64,000 nucleotides of DNA from Azolla caroliniana (Eukaryota; Plantae; Polypodiophyta). The notes below the pieces were generated by a model. That model saw nothing but the letters and a program-made list of their open reading frames with translations. It had not been told where the DNA came from and searched no databases. Every line of letters starts with the position of its first letter. Within the stretch, counting starts at the first letter, position 1. The DNA lies in NCBI GenBank assembly GCA_043228905.1, contig JBHGNT010000003.1, positions 8,246,001 through 8,310,000 of the forward strand. Direction: 5' to 3'. Made by a program: the position numbers and the translations under genes. Below are positions 39,101 through 48,654 of the stretch, piece after piece.

Positions 39101-40240
39101 ACAGCTCCAAGCATACGTCGACGGGATATAGTCCTTTTATGTTGATGTATGGATTTCAGCCACGAGCCCCGATTGATGTTAATATACATCATGATGAGTT
39201 GCGAAGTACGCAAAACTTTCTTCGGGATATGCAAGATATGTTGCATATTGCACGGGATAATATAAAAACAGCTCAAGATAGAGCGCGTTTTTATGCCGAT
39301 CATCATAGGCAACCTCGTGTATTCAGCCCTGGACAGAAGGTATTTTTACGTGTACCTCACAATTCTAAGACATTGTCTACGGGTAAGTGCGCTAAGTTAG
39401 CCCCACGGTTTTGTGGACCTTTTACAGTCCTCAAACGCATTGGATCATCAGCCTATCGTCTCGCTCTTCCCGATGGTGTTGGAATCCATCCAGTCTTTCA
39501 TGTAAGTCGTCTAAAAGAACTTCTAGGTTCTGGCGACAATACAGTTACAACTGAAACTCTGGTTACTTCTGAAGATTTATCTTCTAAACCACATGTACCA
39601 GAAAGAATTCTCGATGTTAAAACAAAAAAATTACGTACTAAGGAAATCCGAGAATTTAAAATAAAATGGATGGATAAATCAATCAAAGATGCCACATGGG
39701 AACGCGAAACAACTCTAACAACTAACTTCCCTAACTTTCCATTGCAAGAGTGCAATGTTTTAAAGAGGGGGAGTATGTTACGGGCATGACCATATAATAT
39801 CCCGTGGTGAGAATTGTCGTAGTATTCTATACACGTGGATAAGTGTGAGGGTTAAACAAAGAGTCTAAAGAAGGGGAGGATTACTTTTAATCCTCGGGAT
39901 TGAGACAACCCATGAGTCCAAGTGTGAACATGGCTGGGGGCCTTGAGAATTACTATAAATAAGAGGCCTAGCTACCCTCATTTGATCATGCATTGACTAC
40001 GTCGAGACTCTGTCCGTGAGTGGAACGACTCTTGTAGCAAGCGCGCTATCGTCCAGGTACGACTCGACGCCAAGGCGGTGGTATGGGACGCCGATCGAGG
40101 CTCGAGTCCGTCTCGATCCCTTCGCTCGGGGGTGGTCGGGTGGATCGGCACCCTTCTTTCTCTCTTTTCTCTCTATTCTTTCTAGATCTATCATTGATAT
40201 ATCCTTATTTTATGCTTACTTTAGTACCTAATCTCTAATA
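33193..40240 (+). mobile_element. Full-length young Ty3/Gypsy chromovirus
   Basis: 465-bp LTRs (33193-33657, 39776-40240) with 2 differences seen. TSD ATGAG (33188-33192, 40241-40245). iMet PBS at 33660-33671; PPT AAGAGGGGGAG. Domain order gag-PR-RT-RH-INT-chromodomain. Confidence 0.97.
35356..39789 (+). pseudogene. Chromovirus gag-pol with one nonsense codon (TAG 38995-38997)
   Basis: Zn knuckle [33 protein letters not shown], integrase HHCC, HPQSDG*TER (expected Q), GPF, chromodomain PERILD...IKWMD...ATWE. Confidence 0.95.
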
Positions 40241-42823
40241 ATGAGGGTTAGGACCTAGTTGTGGGTGGGTTAGGGCATGTTGTTATGTGCTTCTTGAGAA
40301 GGGAATCATGAGAGCTCGATGAGGGAAAGTGGGATCTTTCTCACATGGGGATCCCTTAGCTAGGAATGTTGAGCTTCATATTGAGAAACTCATGCCATTG
40401 AGTGCGGTAGGGAAACGTGAGGGAATTGTGGTCTTTCCTAAATGAGAATTTCCTACCTAACATTGAATACATAAGGAAACGATGCGGGGAAGTGTGCTCT
40501 TTCTTACATGGGAAGATAGAAGATAAGTATATCACTTTGGTGAGATGCTTGGTTATATGCTTCATGATGGTGTCATGTTAGATCAATAAGGGAATAAGAT
40601 TGTTCTTTTTTTATAGGGGTACTTAATCTTTGAAATGACTAGGCCAATTGAAGTAGGAAATGAGGCTATACAACTTTACACAGTTGTCGTTAAGTACTCC
40701 TCAGTCATGAGTGCAATTCTGACTGAAGCAGCTCGGAGAAAATCATTTGCTAACGTTCAGCCAACAATTCTTACGTAGTACAATGTTTGACCAAACGATC
40801 GAACAGTTGTGGAAGAAGTTCTTCACGGCAGTTGAAGAATCAGCGAAGTCGGAGCAAGTCCCGGGATAATCGAGTCAACAACTACTACAAGAAACCCGGA
40901 CACATCGAAGCTGATTGTCGTGCACTCAAGGCCAAAAACGATAAGGCTCAGCAAGCCGAGTAGAAGAGTGGCCAATACGAGGAGATCAACTACATCGACT
41001 CTTTGGCCGAAGTATTGACAAACGACCCAAATATACTATCAATTGAGAACCCAGTCGAATCAGAAGTTCTGCTTACGAATAAAGAATCGAGCACGTGGCT
41101 CTTAGATTCGGGTGCGTCCTTTCATGTGACTCATCGATCCCAATTTCGGCAATAAACAGCCCGACATTCCGACTTAGTTCGCGTAGGAAATTTGCTACAT
41201 TGCGAAATAATTGGAATCGGCACGGTGTCGCGTTATTACGCGTGCGTGTGTGAAATAAGGCGGGACCGCGGGGGGCCTGAACAAAGGAGCAAGAGAGACA
41301 AGAGGAAGTGAGGAGTGCAACAGTGCGAGGGCTACTAGACCTATCAGCAACCGACGACACTTACCGGCTAATTGGACCACCAACGCATATACAAACTCAA
41401 TCAAAGAGCACACTCGAGAGAGAGATGAAAGAAGAGACTCCCTGAACACAGATTACACGGATCAACGGAAACAAGAGATTCTATTACAATAACAGTGGCA
41501 ATTACAACGGTTGCAACCCCGCAGAGAATGATGACAGAGGAAGACAAAGCTCGGTTCCCAGTCCGACAACACCTCCTCCTTCCCTCCCCCAAAAACGTAA
41601 TACCCTTCTCCTATCCCTCTTCCCTTTTATAGGTCACCGAGGAGGCCGTTACATCAAAACACGTCAACATTATTCACTGTCCCTTCGGACAGAGATACAC
41701 ATCGATTTCCTAATTAATAAATATGTCACACTTAGTATATTTACATCAGCCGTCCTATTCCTAGTTATGTACAATGTATCAATTCGCGCACACTCGTGCA
41801 AGGGCGGGTTCACGCCTTTAATTCCTTGATTCCTCTTCGGGCCGGTTTTCTTCACGACATCCACCCCCACCAAATCGTGCATCCACCGGTATGCGCCAGA
41901 CACTAACAATCGCCGGAGAAGATTGGCCCGTAATCATCCGTCACTTCTGGAATCCTCGTTTGCTTTGAACTGGTCATCGTTGTCGGTCACGCTTCCCGGA
42001 TCCGGCTCGTCCTCATGCCGCTTCTTGAACGCCTTGACCCATTTCCCAGCTATCGGCACTGTTAATCGTGTCCCATCGAGCTCCGCAAGATGATATGTCT
42101 CGTTGTCATTCGCGCTCGTTACGGCGTAGGGCCTGAACCACCTCCTCGTGAATTTGCGCATTGCCTTGTGCTGGTTCTCGAGGCTGCTGTCGTACACCAA
42201 CACCCAGTCGCCTTCCTCGATCCTCTTTGACCACAGCCGGTGTGTCCGGTTGAACTGGCCTTTGTTCCTCTCCCTCGTTGTTTGTAGTTGTCTTTGCCCT
42301 CTCCACGTCCTCTAGTCTTCGCTCGAGCTGTCAAATCCGCGCCGCCAACAGCTCTTCCCGGCTCATCTCGTTCCTCCAATCTATCACCGCCCACGAGGAA
42401 ATCGTTCCTTCCACCGGCATGACCGGTTTTTGCCCGTACATCAGCTCCGCCAGCATGTACCCGGTCACTGAACTATGCCCCATCCGGTCCGCCCATAGTG
42501 TGTAGGGTAAGAGGTGCGGCCAATTCCCAACCTAGCCTTCGCAGGCCCGTACTAACGCCTTTACGATCGGATCATGTCCGCATTCCACCTTCCCGTTGTC
42601 GTGAAGAAAACCGTCCACGAGCGGAATCCGTGCACCGGAGCATAGAAGCCGACTCTTCATGCACGTGCGCCTTAAGTTGTACATAGGAGATCCTAGGTGG
42701 ATTCGGTAGGTAGGGAGTAAAGGGGAAACGGTTCCTTCCTTGCCTATAAAAAGGAGGGAGACGAGGAGGGTAGGGGGATCGCGGAGAGTCGAGGACGAAG
42801 TGCTGTCGGTTTGCGTGCGAAGG

Positions 42824-42859
<36 letters not shown>

Positions 42860-44345
42860 TTGCAAACGCCATAGCTTCCTGCTGTGCAGGTTTCGGGAGG
42901 CTCGCGCTGCTTTGAGGAATGCCCGAGTGCTTCCGGCAGCACCTCCAACCTACTCCTTCCTCTCTGTGCGTTTACGAGCAGGTATCGGCATCTGTTCGCC
43001 GGCCTGTTCGGTTGTAACCGACGTCGTGTTTTGTTGTCTTCGTGTTCTTGTTGTTTGTCTTTGTCAATACATACATACATTCGTGTCTTTCTGTGTCGCT
43101 GCCCCACTTGCGTCTTTGCGTCGAAGGGCCGTGTCCCTGTGGATCTACGCTCGCATGCAGAGGGATCCTTCCCCTCCTCTCTTGCTCTTTGGTACAGGAC
43201 CCCCGAGGTTCCACCTCATTCCACGCATCCGCGAGGAATACCTCGACATCTTGGTGAACCCGACGTGAAAGAGGCGGCAGAAGAGCAGAAGATGAAAGGG
43301 TCGGATCTTGCAGAGGCCATGGCTTCGGCCGTGGATCGGATACTGAGCGCACGCGAGGGCTCCGGCGCCCTCGACAGAGCCATTGAGGCGGTCGTCGGTA
43401 CGATCGACCGGTTCAGCGGAAAGGATGCCACGAAGTATTTGGCGTCCTACAGGGCAGAAATGCTGATGCGGGACATTCCGGAAGAGAGGCGTCTTGCCGG
43501 GTTTCCTCGAGTGGCAATGCCGAGCATCCATGCGGAGGTGCTCGAGGTGCGGGCGGAGAGCCGTACCTGGGAGGAGTTCGAAGGCCGACTCCTAGAAAAA
43601 TACGGGCTGGACGACGCGCTCCGGCTTTCAAAAAGGGACTTCATGGAATGGGTGGAGTTCCCCGGCAAGGGAAGAAACGCTGTCGCGTTGTTACGCGCGT
43701 GCGTGGAGAAGGGCGGAACCACGGGGGTCTTGGACTAAGGAGAAGGGGAGAAGGAATAGGACTTCGGAATGGAGCTTAGCACAAGAAGAGAAAGAATGAA
43801 CAAGAGGAAGATGGAGGCCAAATGCTCAACAAGATATATTAGAACCGAAAACCGATTACAAAATGGCGGCCGCGAAGGCCGCACCAAACGACTATGATAA
43901 ACCCGAAACCCTAATCCGACGAAGAAGAAAAGAAACCCTAAACCTAACACGAAATGGTATACCTCACTCACACTCAAAATAAGGCAACCCCCACAATGGT
44001 GCTCTTCCTCTCCTTTTATAGCACAAGGAGAGAAGACCGTTTTCAAAAAGGGTGCTACAAAATATCCCCTTTCAATCAATGGGGATATTTCCCTTGATTT
44101 TAGGGGAGGTGGGAAGGATGGGTCTTAACTCCCACCTCTACACGAACTACTATGTACCTATCTCTCTCTCTCACGTGGATGTGCGCGCAAAAGCACATCA
44201 CCTTTACACTTTACAAATCCTAAGGTGCATTTCTAGCACCATACTTATCACTATCGATAAATAGAAATACAACATGTTGATGTGTAACGTTGCACATCGC
44301 GGGTTTGCTTGCTTCGCTCGGGTTTCCGCCTACGGACGAAAATCT

Positions 44346-47300
44346 TCACGACATCCGCCCCCACCTAACCGCACATCCACCGGTATGTGCCAAAAGGGGA
44401 CAAAACGCGAGATTTTCGGCCGAGGCGGCCAACCGAGCCCTTGGCAACCTCGTGGGCTTGCCCGGTTTCGTCTTCCACTTCGAGCAAGTCCACCCCGTCC
44501 ACACGAACCACCGTCGCCTTCCGGCCCACCATCTCCGCCGAATGGTCTCGAACCGTCGGCTCCATCCGATCCGCCACACTTGACGACGTTCGCCGAGTCG
44601 TTGCCTCCACCCGATCCGCCACGTCCACCGTGATTCCTCGAACCACCGTCTACATCCGGACCGCCGTTTCCGATGCCCGCGCTTTCCTCCCCGTTCGGTC
44701 CTCCCGAACGCCGTTGCCGACCCTTTGTCCGCCTCGCATATCCTCCGGATCCGCCTTTTTCGTGCCGCGCACCTCGTCGTGCCGACTCTTCTCGCTCCGC
44801 GCTTGCCTTCCGTAGGCTTTCCCCGTACGTCGGTGTTGTCCTCCGAATGCGTGCTCGTGCTTCGGTCCTTCGATGACCCCATCACGCATTTTTCGCCTTC
44901 CCTTTGCTTGCCGTGCTCTCTTGTCGTAGAGCATACCATCGTTCCCGTGCTCGTTGCTTGGCCCTCATGCGACCGCATTGCACGTTTCGCATTCCGCTCC
45001 TCTACGCGTACCCTTTCGGAAAGGTACCTTTCTTCCCCGACCTTCGTTTCGCTCGGAGGAACACCCTCTTGGCCCTCTTGGCCCGCTTGACCGCACACAT
45101 CCTTCGTGATGTCGTGTTCGTTCTTTTGGGCGCATACATCTTCGTTCTCCGCGACCTCCCGTATGCCTCTCTCGGTGCCTTCATCCGTTGTGGCCTTCGT
45201 CCCCTCGCCGCCACCGTCCGCCACTCTTGGTCTCACGTCGGCACTCGCGCCGACCGCCGGAGTCTCTATAGCCGGTGTGGAGGATCCCTCTCGGGCCTTA
45301 TCTTCGTGGCCGCCGGTCTTAGCCTCTTCGTAGGCCACCTCTTCCCACCAATCTTCCCTAGCATCGTGCCAGGTCTCGTTGTCGCCGCCTTCTTCCTCGT
45401 ATTCGCCTCTCGAAGGCGTGATCCGACCGTCATCTTCGGTCGCTCGATGTGGCTCCTTCGTAGGCATGCTTGTGTCTTGGCCCTCCATCGGCCGTATTGC
45501 ATGCATCTCGTCTCGCTCTTCCGCCGTAGACCCGACCTCCGTGTCGGTCTTCTCCTCCTTTGTCGCCGTAGCCCGTTCCGACACGGGCTCGCCGTCTTGG
45601 ACCCACCCGTCCACCATCTCGTACCGGATATCCGTTCCGGTAACCTCGTACGCTCCGGCCTCCGACTCCTCGCCGCTACCCGCCGTCTCTCCGGTCTTAT
45701 GTTGATCCGCAACCGCCGTAGTCTCTAGAGTGGGTATGGAGGGTCTCGTTTGTTTCCGTTTTCCCCCCGAACCATGGTCGTCGTGCCCGGTTAGCCTCCA
45801 TCTCGCGCTTACCGGCTCCCATCGTAACCGTAACCGTAACCGTAACCGGCCAATCGGTCTTGCTGGCTTCCTTCGGTTTGGGCCCGGTTCGCCGGCCCTT
45901 ACTCTCTTCCGTGCCGTATTCCGGTCGGGTCGGTTCCCGACTCTCTCCTCGTTTCCGCTCCGGTCCTCTCCGTCGGACCCACCGTATACGCCCATTCCGG
46001 GCCCCGCATACTCGTCTTCATATGCGCTCTCTCCGGGCCTCACCTCCTCACGGTCACCGCCCATCTCTCTGGTCTCACGTTGGCATTCGAGCACAACCGC
46101 CGAAGTCTCCGGCCCCGGTGTCAAGGGGTCTTGCCTCCGTCCGCTCCAATCTTCCTTCTCGTTTCCGTTGCCCGCCTTGCCGCCGTCACCTCCCGTCGCA
46201 CTAAGCCTCATGCCGGCACTCGGGCCGGCCATTGGAGCCTCTAGGATTGGTATGGGTAAGGACCCGGCACCACCGCTTGTTGTCTCCGTAGCCGCTTTCA
46301 TTCGGACGTCGTTGTCCGCGGCTCCCCCATCTCCGATTCCGTAAGCCTCTAGTATGCTTGCCACCACCTCTTCTTCGCCGTTCTCCGCGTCATTTTGTTT
46401 CCCTGCCTTGCCGCCGCCACCGCCCGTCGTTCTAGGTCTCGTGCCGGCACTCGGGCCGACCGCCGAAGCCTCTAGGGCCGGTGTGTGGAAGGTCGCGGCA
46501 CCACCGCTCGCCTCCTCTCCGCTCGATGTTTTGGGCCGCCGTGCCCCGAATCTTCCGCCCACTTTCGAAGTGGCGCTCTCCGCTTTGTAGTCACCGGCCT
46601 CATCCTTGGTCGTCCATTCGCCGCAAGACGAGAGGGTTGCTCGCTCCGCACCCTCTCCCATGTCGTCATCGTTTCGGTTGCCCGCCTTGCCGCCGCCACC
46701 GTCCGTCACTCTAGGCCTCTCGCCGGCTCTCGGGCCGGGTGCCGGAGTCTCTAGGACCGGTGTGTGGAAGGTCGCGACACCACCACTCCTCTCGTCCGTA
46801 GCCACCTCCATTCGGACATCGTCGTCCGTGGCTACCCCGTCTTCGGTTTCGCAAGCATCGAGTATGCTTGCCGCCGCCTCTTCTTCGCCGGTCTCGTCCT
46901 CATCTCGGTTGTCCGCCTTGCCGCCGCCACCGTCCGTAGCTCTAGGTCTCGTGCCGGCACTCGGGCCGACCGCTGAAGCCTCTAGGGCCGGTGTGTGGAA
47001 GGTCGCGACACCATCGCTCGTTTCGTCTTCCTCCTCCATTTCGCAAGCCTCGAGTATGCTCGCGAAATCCTCGTAGAACGTTTCGGGCAACCGCGTCCCG
47101 AAACTTCCGCCCACTCTCGAAGTGGCGTCCATCGCTCCGTAGATATCGGCCTCGTCCATGGCCGTTCTTTTTCCCCGAGATGAGACGGTCGCTTGCTCCG
47201 CACCTTCTCTCGTGTCGACGCCGTGGTCGCCCGCCTTGCCACCGCCACCGCCTTTCACCATAGGTCTTACGCGGGCACTCGGGCCGGCCGCCGTGATCTC

Positions 47301-48616
47301 TAGGAATGACGCGTGTAAGGTCGCGGGACCGCCGCTCGTCGATGTAATGTCCGTAGCCACCTCCGCTCGGACGCCGTTGTCCGTGGCTGCCCCGCCTCCG
47401 TATATGCAAGCATCGGTTATGCTTGCCGCCGCCTCTTCCGCGGTCTTCTTACCGTTGTCTCGGTTGCCCGCCTTGCCACCGCCACCGTTCTTTTCCCTCG
47501 GTCTCACGCGGGCGCTCGGGCCGGCCGCCGGGGTCTCTTGAACCGGTGCGTGGAAGGTTGCGGTACCGCCGCTTGTCTCCTCCGTACTCGATGATTCGGG
47601 CCACCATGTCCCGAATCCGCCATGTCCGCTCGAATCGGCGATTGCCGCCTCACCGTCCCCGACCTCGTCCTCGGTCGTTCTTTTCCCCCATGTCGAGAGG
47701 GCGGTTCGCTCCGCACCCTCTCCCGTGGTACCGATGTACCATTCTCTTTCGGCCTCCGCATAGGCCCCGTCCTCCATGTGTGAGGAAGCTCCTTCCTCCG
47801 CGTCCTCCGATCCGCTCGGGCCCGACCCCGCAATAAGCCATTCTTCGGCTTCGATTTTCGCCATTACGAGCCCGCACGCCTCCCGTATTAGCGCTTGTAG
47901 GTCGGGCCCCTCCAAACCGGTTCGCGATGAGCTCTCGTCCGGCGGCATGGCGTAGTCGGTCGTCGCTCTCTCTTCTCCCCCGCTCGCGGGCCGTGTTGTG
48001 GCCGACCGCCTGGCCTCATGTTGCCGACACACCCATTCCACTTCGGGCCACTCCTCGGTGAGACCATGCGCCCCATAATCGTCTTGAAGCTCGAACATGA
48101 TGCCCATCCTCTCCTCATGATGAACCGTCTTCAAAAATAGGAGGACTTTGTCCGCCCCACCGATCTTCGTTCCCACTCCGAGAGTTGAGAGAAACGACGC
48201 TCGAACTCTCGGAATGCCTCCATTGCGCTCCGATGGCGCCTCGCCGACGCCACCCACCGATCGAACTCTCGCCGACCTCTTACCTCCGATTCCGCGCACC
48301 CGTATGCCTCCATTAGAGCCCCTTCAAAGGACTCCCACGATTCGTGAGCTTCTTGGAGCTCCTTGACCTCCTCGTACTTTGATGCAGCCGCCGCTCGACG
48401 AAAGAACTCTAGCCTCGTCGCTTCGTCCACGCCCATCCCCGTCATTTCCGCATCGTAGGCTCTCAAAATTTTTGGGACCTCCTTCCCATCGAACCGGCCA
48501 ACTAGACGGACCACCCTTTCGACCGCTTGTTGAGCCGCCTCTCGCCTCGCCCTCTTCCGTCCGGCGTCCATCAAGATCTTCGTCATCATCTCCTCGAAGT
48601 CGAAGCCTTCTTCCAT
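44346..48616 (-). CDS. N1 Gag fused to a ~1,200-aa low-complexity repeat extension (about 1,420 aa if the frameshift at ~48155 is bridged)
   Basis: ORF 48616-48131 and the ADKVLLFLKTV...GLTEEW segment of ORF 48299-44346 align with Gypsy-B Gag (RFSGKDA...SRVLLFVKSV...GLTTDW). The frame switch lies in a G4 run. Confidence 0.8.
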
Positions 48617-48636
48617 CTCTTTCTCCCTTGCCGCCC

Positions 48637-48654
48637 TTCACGTCGGGTTCACCA
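48637..48654 (-). promoter_or_regulatory. tRNA-Trp primer binding site of N1
   Basis: TGGTGAACCCGACGTGAA is complementary to the 3' end (TTCACGTCGGGTTCA-CCA) of plant cytosolic tRNA-Trp; identical to the Gypsy-B PBS. Confidence 0.88.

Larger units (their letters stand above)
32594..40680 (-). mobile_element. Inverted same-family copy 'Copia-5': complete 5' LTR (40680-32793, split by the chromovirus), PBS and short leader
   Basis: 40241-40680 and 32960-33192 are the reverse complement of 31040-31722 (same MKHITKHL ORF on both strands). GCTCTGATACCA at 32779-32790. Confidence 0.85.
31040..41225 (+). mobile_element. Old Ty1/Copia 'Copia-4': truncated 5' LTR (31040-~31722), gag remnant (~32095-32593), protease remnant (40681-41225)
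   Basis: LTR start TGTAAAGTT; gag KFDRSNFNFWKEQMQDYL...LSPSWETFVTT; protease STWLLDSGASFHVT near 41090-41130. Joining these pieces into one element is inferred. Confidence 0.7.

Noticed and set aside
48637-48654. tRNA-Trp gene
   Set aside because: Only the 18-nt 3' end including CCA is present next to an LTR, so it is a PBS.
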